20,000 nucleotides of DNA, from the IMG/VR virus record IMGVR_UViG_3300017992_000735; one strand, 5' to 3'. This stretch comes from an uncultured virus (IMG/VR IMGVR_UViG_3300017992_000735). Taxonomy: Duplodnaviria; Heunggongvirae; Uroviricota; Caudoviricetes. Positions 8,411-16,506 of this stretch are shown piece after piece. The translations under genes and the position numbers were made by a program. The notes below the pieces were generated by a model, which ran no database searches, had not been told where the DNA came from, and saw only the letters and a list, made by a program, of their open reading frames with translations. The stretch's first letter is position 1. Each line of letters starts with the position of its first letter.

Positions 8411-9877
8411 CTACTCCTTTAGCTGATTGAAAATGTTCTCGATGCTTCCCTTTACTGCCTTTCCATACAACTGATCCGCTAGGACATCTTGCATCATTTT
8501 AAAAGCTTTGGTTTGTTCAAGGTCATCTCCTACGTCTTGCTTCAACAGGAGGGTTTCCTCGACTATATGGGCAGCTTTCACTGCGGGAGGATACTCAGGA
8601 TATTCTCCTTTTGGTTTTTGAGCCTTAGGTGGAACTTCCTTTTGGGCAGGAGGTTTGGGCAGACCCTGGATTCCTTCTTGTATTGCTCCCGGTTTAACAG
8701 GGATTGAAAATATTCCGTCTTCAACTGCCTGCTCTAGCATATCCTCTGCTGCCAGTGCCCCAGCTCCTACCATCTGACCCAGGTAAGCAATTCGCAAACC
8801 CTCAGCCTGGCGCCGTTTGACTACGTCCTCAATCTCAGGAACGTCCCAATCGAACATGATTGGGCAATCTGGCGGGAAGAACTGCCGGTTGATCGCCCGC
8901 TTCTCGTCGTAGGCGAACCCACCCACGCCAGTGCGTTGGGTAGTTAACCTCTGTACACGAGCTCCAGCAAGCGTCCTATCGTGCTCCGCCAGGCCAAGGC
9001 TACCTATGGTCAAACCATATGGTGTTCCACATTTCTCCGCGTAATGCTTCCATTTTTCGCTAACATTCAGCTCAGGTTGACCAAAAGGAACAAATTTGGC
9101 AGGAGTCTCGTGTTCATACAGCAAAGGAATCTTAATGGGATTCACACCCATCATCATTTCTTCGAAACCTTTTTTCCACTCTGTCACGTCCGCTTCCGAG
9201 AAATCCATTAAATCCAAGATTCCTGCAATGGGGGTATCCGATAAACTTTTCAAATCATAAGTATAAAGCCTTGCCAACGCTTCTATCACTTGATAATTTT
9301 GTTCTACAGGGCTTTTTTGATACCCAAAGAGCTTTATGCTCGTCTGCGGAAGGTACATAAGTCGAGCAATTTCTCGACGTTTAAACGCGATTGGCCGCTG
9401 ATTGTCATTCGGATCCATCTGGACGTATGGATAGTTTGGGTTGCCTTGATTGATATACATCGTACCAGCATCCACGTGCACTATTCCAGCAGGGTAACCA
9501 GCAGGGAACTTCCCACCAAACGCACCATCTGGCCACCACATAATCTCTAAAGAACCCCCAAAAGGTAGATCGTAGCTATCTTTCTCCCACATAACCTTTA
9601 GGAGATCGAACCTAACATGCTCGAAAAGTTCCTCATAATACTCAGTTATCTCTAATACTTCATCGCTCTTTGGGTCCACCCCCTTCTTTGGAGTAAACTT
9701 ATACTCAAGTTTCAAGGATCTCACAAGATGTGTCTGGTACGAAAGGTTTACAGGCTCTGATGCCAGATACCGCCACTGCGTGCTTGAGAACATAGAAGGC
9801 ACACGAGACGGCTGTAAAAATGGTCTTGTGTTTACATCCAGATATGCTACTGATCTTCTCTTCGGTTCTGCTGCCAT
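8411..9877 (-). CDS. Portal protein
   Basis: 488 aa from ATG 9877 (TAATG overlap with the upstream stop, GAGG RBS). Located between terminase and MuF. Portal-like segments GIVHVDAGTM, PYVQM, FGYQKSPVE, AGILDL, YGLTIGSLGL. Confidence 0.75.
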   Translation of the reverse strand: MAAEPKRRSVAYLDVNTRPFLQPSRVPSMFSSTQWRYLASEPVNLSYQTHLVRSLKLEYKFTPKKGVDPKSDEVLEITEYYEELFEHVRFDLLKVMWEKDSYDLPFGGSLEIMWWPDGAFGGKFPAGYPAGIVHVDAGTMYINQGNPNYPYVQMDPNDNQRPIAFKRREIARLMYLPQTSIKLFGYQKSPVEQNYQVIEALARLYTYDLKSLSDTPIAGILDLMDFSEADVTEWKKGFEEMMMGVNPIKIPLLYEHETPAKFVPFGQPELNVSEKWKHYAEKCGTPYGLTIGSLGLAEHDRTLAGARVQRLTTQRTGVGGFAYDEKRAINRQFFPPDCPIMFDWDVPEIEDVVKRRQAEGLRIAYLGQMVGAGALAAEDMLEQAVEDGIFSIPVKPGAIQEGIQGLPKPPAQKEVPPKAQKPKGEYPEYPPAVKAAHIVEETLLLKQDVGDDLEQTKAFKMMQDVLADQLYGKAVKGSIENIFNQLKE

Positions 9878-10770
9878 TAGAATAACCTCTCCATATGAGG
9901 AGCCCCCACACCCTTGGTAGAACTTAGCGGCAGAATCCAATTCTCAACTAAAAAATCTGCTCCGTACTCCTCCAGTTGAAAATCCCAGATTGCAACCACA
10001 AAGTATCCATTCTGATGCGCCCACCTAGCCTTTTCTATATCTCGCTCCTGCATGTCAGGGAGAGTATGCCAGTAGGACCCTTGAACCTCAATTAGTGTCC
10101 TGGGAGGCACGAACTCATCGTAGATCCTATAATACCCCTTCGGCCTATACTGAGATATGTGCCTAATCCCCTTCTCATCCAGAGCCCGAGATACATCAAT
10201 CTCTATAGAAGTAGGGGAGTCAAAAACTCCATCGTAGTCGCCTCTCCGCCAAGCCTCTTTTACGCTCTCAGACATCCTTGCACGGACTTCGTCGGTATAC
10301 ACCGCCCGGTTTCCAAGTAGAACTTTAGCCTCTCGGGCTCTCCGCATATTAGCCTGTACCTCATCCGGGTTATTCTCACACCACTGCCTTATCTTCCTAG
10401 ATTGCCGTACTCGGAGTTCCTCCGTCCATGCTCCCTCGTGATCGCCCCTATCCCAAGATTCCTTTATCTTACCCGACATCTCATGATGTCTATCAGGATC
10501 CTTCCACGCTGCAGTTGCTGCTCTAGATTTTTTCCGAGTTGTTTCACCACTACTGTGGTCTCCCCGACTCCACGCCTCCTTAGTGGTCTTGGAATATTTC
10601 CTCCTCGTCTCACTGCACATTAGCGGTGCTTCAGGAAACCTCTCCAGATACTCTACCGAAGATATCCCATGCTTAAACGGTAGATGGCGGTTATCTAAAC
10701 GCCTTGCCTTGGCACCGCATACCCTACAAACTATGTAATCTATTCCTTCCACGCCCATATCTTTTGCCAT
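9877..10770 (-). CDS. Vsr/DUF559-like endonuclease with zinc finger and NUMOD3-like repeats (putative homing endonuclease)
   Basis: CRVCG..H....H zinc finger; repeated ExRxKxSxxxKEAWxRGD helices; C-terminal PTSIE..YD..LIEVQGSYWH..D..K..GYFVVAIWD. Confidence 0.8.
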   Translation of the reverse strand: MAKDMGVEGIDYIVCRVCGAKARRLDNRHLPFKHGISSVEYLERFPEAPLMCSETRRKYSKTTKEAWSRGDHSSGETTRKKSRAATAAWKDPDRHHEMSGKIKESWDRGDHEGAWTEELRVRQSRKIRQWCENNPDEVQANMRRAREAKVLLGNRAVYTDEVRARMSESVKEAWRRGDYDGVFDSPTSIEIDVSRALDEKGIRHISQYRPKGYYRIYDEFVPPRTLIEVQGSYWHTLPDMQERDIEKARWAHQNGYFVVAIWDFQLEEYGADFLVENWILPLSSTKGVGAPHMERLF

Positions 10771-10821
10771 ATAATTACACCTTAATAAGCATCAGGTGCT
10801 AGAAATTTTTAAAAATTCCCC

Positions 10822-11949
10822 CTACTCAACGCGTCCCTCCAGAACAGCAATAAGATGGTGCATATCCTGCTCTAAGTATTTCCTCCGCGTATGCCATTTC
10901 TTAACTGTCCCCGGCGATTTGGATGTTGCTACCTTCTCTGCCGCTGCGATTGCCTGCTGACGCTTACTCTCTATTTGATTTCTCAGCCAGCTAACTCGAT
11001 GCTTCGGCAAAACAGCACTTGGGACAATTTTGCTCACATCCACCTGTTGCGACGGCAGTACTCGAGGAGACTTTATGGAACCTCGTTTAGGTGCTGTTGC
11101 ACTCATTGGGTTCTCTGCTATTCGCAGTGCAGATCTATTTAAAACCACCATGTAGCCCTGCTCCGATACATCTATTGCATCATAACCGCTAGCAGCAGCA
11201 AACCGCCCCCGATCTCCTGTCGCTATGTGTCCTACGACATCTCCATGCTGTTCTGCTATGTAAGAGGCCTGCATAAGATTATTCGCAGTCTTATTATCGC
11301 CACGATTCGCAGCAGCAAAGGCTTGGGTCCTCAGAGTATCAGGATCTACTTTTACGCTCTCCCGGCTTGCTAGCCATCCTTCCATCTCCTCCTTAAGCGC
11401 AGACTCACTTATAACGTTAGCATCTTTTTTCAGAGACATCCGAATTATAGTTGCGTTTTCTCCTTGCTTAGCTCCAAAGTACATTGCAGTACTATCTGCA
11501 TTCTCGCCGTAAACTGTATATAACCCTGCGCCATGCATACCGGTCCCCGTCTCAAACGAATCTCCATACATCAACTCCTCGGCATACTCCCCCCTAGATA
11601 CTCCACGGTAAAGCTCCCTCTCCCCAGAATTCACAAACTCATTTAGCTCAGAAGCAGTCACCACATCCGGTTTGCCATCGAACCCCTGCTCTTTGATAAT
11701 CTCATTGGCAATAGGATCCGTTCGGCTGCTGGGTGGGACATACGTGTCGACCCTCCCCTCGAGCACAGAATTCAAATATGGGGATTTGGCCACAGTTCCA
11801 GCCTTGCTGGGAGCGGAACCACCGCGCCTCCCTTTCCGCCCTTTGTGGCCCCAGTGTCCAGAACCGGGCCCACCCATCTCCTTGTACTCACCAAGGGACT
11901 CGTCTATTAAATTGATAATATCAGCGGAACATTGGGTAGAAGCCGTCAA
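10822..11949 (-). CDS. GGPGSG-tagged ADP-ribosyltransferase-like protein
   Basis: Tag at 11803-11874. ELYRGV..GTGMHGAGLY..GYDAIDV..YMVVLNR, plus a basic C-terminal extension. Confidence 0.62.
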   Translation of the reverse strand: MTASTQCSADIINLIDESLGEYKEMGGPGSGHWGHKGRKGRRGGSAPSKAGTVAKSPYLNSVLEGRVDTYVPPSSRTDPIANEIIKEQGFDGKPDVVTASELNEFVNSGERELYRGVSRGEYAEELMYGDSFETGTGMHGAGLYTVYGENADSTAMYFGAKQGENATIIRMSLKKDANVISESALKEEMEGWLASRESVKVDPDTLRTQAFAAANRGDNKTANNLMQASYIAEQHGDVVGHIATGDRGRFAAASGYDAIDVSEQGYMVVLNRSALRIAENPMSATAPKRGSIKSPRVLPSQQVDVSKIVPSAVLPKHRVSWLRNQIESKRQQAIAAAEKVATSKSPGTVKKWHTRRKYLEQDMHHLIAVLEGRVE

Positions 11950-13690
11950 CTGTATGATAACGCATCTCCTTCATGGGTTGAAAATCTTCCTCGTTCACTG
12001 GGAATGGCTTTTTATCTAAAATGTGATAAGTTCTCCCAGAAGCTGGGCCTCGAACTGTAAAGGGTGGCTGAAGTAAATACCGCAGCTCAAACCTGTCTCC
12101 TCGGTCAGCAGAAACAATCATGCCCGGGCTTAAGAATTTTAATTTTCTCCACCGCTTCCCATCGAAAAATCCCACATCGGGCCAGGCTAACATGACCGCC
12201 TCTGCTCGGTCTGGCGACTTAGTTCCCCGGTCCTTCATCTTGTCCTTCTGCTCGACAATAATTTTACCCCGGGAAGTCACCCCCCACCTTGGTGCAATCA
12301 TCTGTGACTGCAAAACTTCATCATCTGGCAAGTCCATTTCCGTAATACCCAAACGCATCATCCACCAGAGCTGATCTCTCAAAGACCAAAACTCCTCCGT
12401 GTAGTCTTTCTCATTGATAGGTGGTTTCTGGACATGGACTTCGAGAATCTTGACTCCTTCCGGAAGATCTCCAAGCTCACTAAGTTCCTTCAGCCTGTCG
12501 TGTACACCAGACCCTACTCCAATAATATCTACCCGAACCTCCTGAGGGTGATGTTTTCTAATCAGACGAACCGCCTGGCCAGCCACAGTCATCACATCTG
12601 CTCCCTCAAAAGTCCATAGTATTTCGGCGTGGTGTCCGAAAATCCCAGCAATCACTGACTCATCTCCCCCACCGAAGGCAACATCTATTCCGAACCGAAC
12701 AGGCTGGCCTGGTTTCTCAACTCGTTTGACTGCGGCGTCCACGGCAGACATGGGAATGATTTGATCTTCCCCCTCGCTTGGGAACCAGCCTAAGACCTTG
12801 GACTCTGCGAGGGGATTGGGCTTCCACCACTGGTCCGAGTCCGGAGGAAATTGAAAAAGTTCTACCTTTTGCTCTGGTAGCGGGTCAAAGACTCTCGCAC
12901 ACCACTTCCTTATTCGTTCTTGCACCCACTCCAACCGGACAGCTTTTGGGAAGGGAGGATCCTCTCCTTGTAGTTCTGCCAGTATATTGGGGTGATCGAG
13001 TGCACCAATGTGTATACAATGCCAGGTAGGATCGTTCGCAGCGTCGTAAAATGGTCCAGATCTCTCTAGGGGGTTTCCAATAGCAATAACTCGGTTATCA
13101 GGTCCAACTGGGATGTTGTCAACTGCGGCGTCCCAAATCGGCGCTCGGATACCAGGACCTTCGTCGAGTGCCACACATATCCTCTCCTCATGGAACCCCT
13201 GAAACCGGTTCTCTCGGTCGGTTGACAATCCTAGGGCGTAGTGTTTAGCAGAGTGCTTAATTTCCGTAGAGTAAGTTTTTCCGACAGATCCCTCTGGGCG
13301 CTGATCTCGGATTTCGCCCCACAGAAGCTTCTCGACTTGGGGCCAGGTGGGAGCGGTTGTCAGTGCAATCGAAGGATCAAAAACATCGAACCACCAGTTG
13401 ATAAGCCCACCCACAATGAACGTTTTGCCCACACCGAACGATGCTGGGACGATTGTATATTTGTTCATCTGGAATGACAAAGCAACCGCCACTTGTTTGT
13501 CCCACCACTCAACTTTGAGAACTTCCCGGGCGTACTCTTGGATGCTCTCGACGTACTTCGCATACTTCTTAGGAACGGCCAAGGATTTGTCCCGGTTCAT
13601 CCGTTCCCTAATCATTGCGACAAGTCTTCGGTCGTATTTTTCCTCCCAGTTTGGTGGGAGAGAATCTAGCCAGTCGGGAGCCCTAGTCAA
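11921..13690 (-). CDS. terL: Terminase large subunit
   Basis: Walker A ASFGVGKT, Walker B VALDEG, coupling motif IGNP, nuclease motifs FGIDVAFGGGDESV and KSPDRAEA. Confidence 0.93.
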   Translation of the reverse strand: MTRAPDWLDSLPPNWEEKYDRRLVAMIRERMNRDKSLAVPKKYAKYVESIQEYAREVLKVEWWDKQVAVALSFQMNKYTIVPASFGVGKTFIVGGLINWWFDVFDPSIALTTAPTWPQVEKLLWGEIRDQRPEGSVGKTYSTEIKHSAKHYALGLSTDRENRFQGFHEERICVALDEGPGIRAPIWDAAVDNIPVGPDNRVIAIGNPLERSGPFYDAANDPTWHCIHIGALDHPNILAELQGEDPPFPKAVRLEWVQERIRKWCARVFDPLPEQKVELFQFPPDSDQWWKPNPLAESKVLGWFPSEGEDQIIPMSAVDAAVKRVEKPGQPVRFGIDVAFGGGDESVIAGIFGHHAEILWTFEGADVMTVAGQAVRLIRKHHPQEVRVDIIGVGSGVHDRLKELSELGDLPEGVKILEVHVQKPPINEKDYTEEFWSLRDQLWWMMRLGITEMDLPDDEVLQSQMIAPRWGVTSRGKIIVEQKDKMKDRGTKSPDRAEAVMLAWPDVGFFDGKRWRKLKFLSPGMIVSADRGDRFELRYLLQPPFTVRGPASGRTYHILDKKPFPVNEEDFQPMKEMRYHTVDGFYPMFR

Positions 13691-13838
13691 AACGAAACCC
13701 CCGACTCTTCAGAAATTCTACAAGGTCTGCGCCTTCTGGACATCCCTTTTTCGCCTTCTTGAGGTCGGGGGAGTAGACTTGTACTACAAGCCAGCCAGTG
13801 AGCTGGCCCAGCTTGTTATAGATTTTTACTTTGCCCAT
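13683..13838 (-). CDS. Small hypothetical protein (51 aa), duplicate copy A
   Basis: Below the ORF-track cutoff. MGKVKIYNKLGQLTGWLVVQVYSPDLKKAKKGCPEGADLVEFLKSRGFRFD; AAAGGT RBS; fills the gap between neighbours. Confidence 0.8.
   Translation of the reverse strand: MGKVKIYNKLGQLTGWLVVQVYSPDLKKAKKGCPEGADLVEFLKSRGFRFD
13687..13781. repeat. 95-bp direct repeat, copy A (copy B at 15415-15509)
   Basis: 94 of 95 positions identical by direct comparison. Confidence 0.95.
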
Positions 13839-13850
13839 ACTGCTACCTTT

Positions 13851-14069
13851 CTAATCCACTCCATACAAACTTAGAATCACTGCACTTCGTACCGTCTCGG
13901 GACTGTTCGCGAACCAAGCCTCACCTACATCTACTCGCTCGAGATCCATGCAAGTTGATGGGCCCGTCCCATCAGTAAATATATAGATAGGTAAGTCTCC
14001 ATGCTGCTTTCGAATCTCTTCTAGATGATCGATTAGTTCACTAGTAAGCATAATACAAGTCTCCCTCAC
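13851..14069 (-). CDS. Hypothetical phage protein
   Basis: 72 aa; GTGA overlap with the upstream stop. LIDHLEEIRKQHGDLPIYI is typical of small phage proteins. Confidence 0.65.
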   Translation of the reverse strand: MRETCIMLTSELIDHLEEIRKQHGDLPIYIFTDGTGPSTCMDLERVDVGEAWFANSPETVRSAVILSLYGVD

Positions 14070-15418
14070 TCAAATAAGCTCGATAGAGATGTTGCCACCC
14101 GTTGTTCGGAAACAAGCACGTCTTCCACCCACCCACCTTCGGGACTGAGAACGAGTTGGGATTCGATTTGAGAAATGATAAAATCACTCTTAGATACCCC
14201 ACCCGGTACTATAGTAATATTTTTACCTTTGATAGAAGATACCTTATAGTTTCCTTTTATCAACCAAGGTTTCTCCTCGGGGTGATTAGAAAAATTCTTA
14301 AGGTTTGCTCCTCTCTGTGGGTTATCCAAAATAAACGTATATTTACGAGCCCCAAAAGCCCCACCAGCGGGACTAAGGCTCGAAAACTCACGCCCCAAGG
14401 TCCCAAAATCTACCTTGTCTCCCACAGATAGAGAGCCCTCCCAATCTGAACCGCGGTATAAACGAGGAGTACTTCTTAAATCTTGCTCTACCATACTTTT
14501 GATTATAGCTGCTGCTGCCAATTGCTTTGGTATCCACCGACGCTCTGGATTTGCTAAGTCCCTCTCGAAACGTTTGAGAGACACATGCCTAAATCCTGGG
14601 TCGCTTTGACCACTAAATCCCCCGCTGGTGAATAACCTTGCTTCTGCGTAGGCATCTGCATACTTCATGTACTCATTCTCGGGTACCTCATCATGCAGAT
14701 CCCCCAGAAGGGAGGTAAAACCCCGGTCGCGGGCATCTCGACCTATAGACACCAGTATACCCGGATCGTAACCATCCTTCTCCAACTGGCTTACAACCGC
14801 AGCGCCAAGAACGCCGACTGCCCCCGGCAAACTCCCTCCCCTCTTTCCTTTTCGACCAGCGTGACCCCAATGGCCACTTCCTGGTCCGCCTTTCTCTACC
14901 CATCCACCTTCGGGGCTGAGAACGAGTTGGGATTCGACTTGAGAAATGATAAAGTCGCTTTTTACCCGCAGGACTTTTCTTCCGATGTATGTGGCACCAT
15001 ATGGAGCTATGTGGGTATTATCTATAAAACCCGATATATCAACCCTATCCCAACCAGCTTCCGCTGCCATTAACTCCTCAAACCTCCTATCTATAGATCC
15101 CCAAGAAGTTTTACCCAACCCTCGAGACTCCATGCATCCTTCCCACCAGCTTTCAAGCTTAACCTCGTACAAAGTGTTATCCACCTCAGCCTGTATCGAG
15201 AAATCAGGGTCTATATTCCCCTGAATAACATCCACCTCGAATGCGTGCCAAGAAGACCAAGCACCACCTACCGGTTGAGGGCTAGAAATCCCACCAGCTT
15301 TAGAAGGGGCCGATCCACCGCGCTTACCTTTGCGGCCTTTGTGACCATGGTGGCCAGAACCGGGGCCGCCCATCTCAGTTAGTATGGCGCCTACTTCGGC
15401 AAAGAGGTCTCTACTCAA
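14066..15418 (-). CDS. Two-module GGPGSG-tagged polyprotein; second module is R-S-E type ADP-ribosyltransferase-like
   Basis: Tags at 15299-15370 and 14825-14890. LYRG..FSSLS..FSNHPEEKPWL..YKV in module 2. A 23-aa linker is duplicated. Confidence 0.7.
   Translation of the reverse strand: MSRDLFAEVGAILTEMGGPGSGHHGHKGRKGKRGGSAPSKAGGISSPQPVGGAWSSWHAFEVDVIQGNIDPDFSIQAEVDNTLYEVKLESWWEGCMESRGLGKTSWGSIDRRFEELMAAEAGWDRVDISGFIDNTHIAPYGATYIGRKVLRVKSDFIISQVESQLVLSPEGGWVEKGGPGSGHWGHAGRKGKRGGSLPGAVGVLGAAVVSQLEKDGYDPGILVSIGRDARDRGFTSLLGDLHDEVPENEYMKYADAYAEARLFTSGGFSGQSDPGFRHVSLKRFERDLANPERRWIPKQLAAAAIIKSMVEQDLRSTPRLYRGSDWEGSLSVGDKVDFGTLGREFSSLSPAGGAFGARKYTFILDNPQRGANLKNFSNHPEEKPWLIKGNYKVSSIKGKNITIVPGGVSKSDFIISQIESQLVLSPEGGWVEDVLVSEQRVATSLSSLFE
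14123..14191. repeat. Intragenic ~69-bp repeat, copy A (copy B at ~14894-14962)
   Basis: Encodes KSDFIISQ[IV]ESQLVLSPEGGWVE, 22 of 23 aa identical between the copies. Confidence 0.9.
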
Positions 15419-15575
15419 AACGAAACCCCCGACTCTTCAGAAATTCTACAAGGTCTGCGCCTTCTGGACATCCCTTTTTCGCCTTCTGGAGGTCGGGGGA
15501 GTAGACTTGCACCACCCCGTTGATGTACCACCCGACGAGTTGGCCCAACTTATTGTATATTTTTACTTTATCCAT
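15411..15575 (-). CDS. Small hypothetical protein (54 aa), duplicate copy B
   Basis: MDKVKIYNKLGQLVGWYINGVVQVYSPDLQKAKKGCPEGADLVEFLKSRGFRFE; GAGGAG RBS. Confidence 0.82.
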   Translation of the reverse strand: MDKVKIYNKLGQLVGWYINGVVQVYSPDLQKAKKGCPEGADLVEFLKSRGFRFE

Positions 15576-15578
15576 ATC

Positions 15579-16133
15579 TTACTCCTCAACCCAAATAGCC
15601 ACTTTGGGCCATAGCAAACCACATAAAACCTCTCTCTCATAAAACTCAACAGGAAAGTCAGCTACTACCCAATAAACTTCATCCTCCAACCAAGTTGTAT
15701 TCGGCTCCAAGACGGGCTCGTCCAGCACTCTAGTGGCCAACTCGTACTCCTCCTCTGGCAGGGGCAGCCCCCAGTAGTGCTTCACTCCATCTCGGATACC
15801 CAACCGTCTCTGACCAGCAGACCGTAGACGACCTGTGTCTTTAATATCTACAATAAGTAACTTCTCACACTCTGGAATGAATACGATTGCTCTCTTATTC
15901 GCCCACTGCGGCCAGTAACTGATGTCCCAGTCGTACACACACTGCCCAGTACTGTTCTTCCTACAATCATTGACTGCCATAGTCGGAGCGGCTAGATCCA
16001 ACTCCTGGCCGCTGCGCATTCTATCACCCTGACAAAAAGCTGGAGGACCGTAGGGAGTGGCCAAGCCAACCATATCTGGCATGCGGAGTGGGATACTAGT
16101 GTATAAGATTAAAGCTACCAGAATCTCAATCAC
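15579..16133 (-). CDS. Secreted or membrane-anchored protein, possibly RlpA/3D-like double-psi barrel cell-wall enzyme
   Basis: Hydrophobic N-terminus. ATPY..G..MRSG..TMAV..IVDIKDTG..VADF resembles RlpA/3D motif order. Confidence 0.45.
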   Translation of the reverse strand: MIEILVALILYTSIPLRMPDMVGLATPYGPPAFCQGDRMRSGQELDLAAPTMAVNDCRKNSTGQCVYDWDISYWPQWANKRAIVFIPECEKLLIVDIKDTGRLRSAGQRRLGIRDGVKHYWGLPLPEEEYELATRVLDEPVLEPNTTWLEDEVYWVVADFPVEFYEREVLCGLLWPKVAIWVEE

Positions 16134-16249
16134 CTAAGACGCCTTAGTTTAGGAATTTGAATAGATTTCTGTTTGATTACTTTCCCGGATCCGTCTTTGG
16201 TGACTTCAATCCGGACGGGCCAGTTTTTGCCTTTAGTAACTTCTTTCAT
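16130..16249 (-). CDS. Small basic hypothetical protein (39 aa)
   Basis: MKEVTKGKNWPVRIEVTKDGSGKVIKQKSIQIPKLRRLR; ATGA and GTGA overlaps with both neighbours. Confidence 0.6.
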   Translation of the reverse strand: MKEVTKGKNWPVRIEVTKDGSGKVIKQKSIQIPKLRRLR

Positions 16250-16506
16250 ACTACAACCTCATAGCCTTCTCGGAGGAGATAGATAATGAGCGCGTTGACA
16301 AAATCCGGATCTGTATCTGATACTATCTCCACGAAATCTATTATTTTATCCTCACCTACGACGTCTGAGCGGCTGGGTATAACCACAGACCGATCTTTAT
16401 TAACTGCAGCCATAATACCTTTGAGTCCTCGATCTGAAGTAGTAACTCGACCCAGCCGATCCATAGTCCCAACCTGCTTACCTGTTACACCGCTAAGGAT
16501 ATTCAT
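16246..16506 (-). CDS. Small protein, putative partner or inhibitor of the upstream metallopeptidase
   Basis: 86 aa; follows the 16503-17258 peptidase directly. Ends F...L...EGYEV, like 4516-4767. Confidence 0.7.
   Translation of the reverse strand: MNILSGVTGKQVGTMDRLGRVTTSDRGLKGIMAAVNKDRSVVIPSRSDVVGEDKIIDFVEIVSDTDPDFVNALIIYLLREGYEVVV

Noticed and set aside
9878..9940. ORF-track N-terminal extension of the portal (start 9940)
   Set aside because: It overlaps the endonuclease gene; ATG 9877 has an RBS and a TAATG overlap.
11921..13690. Intein or intron in terminase
   Set aside because: Motif spacing and length are normal. No intein splice motifs or group I core were seen.
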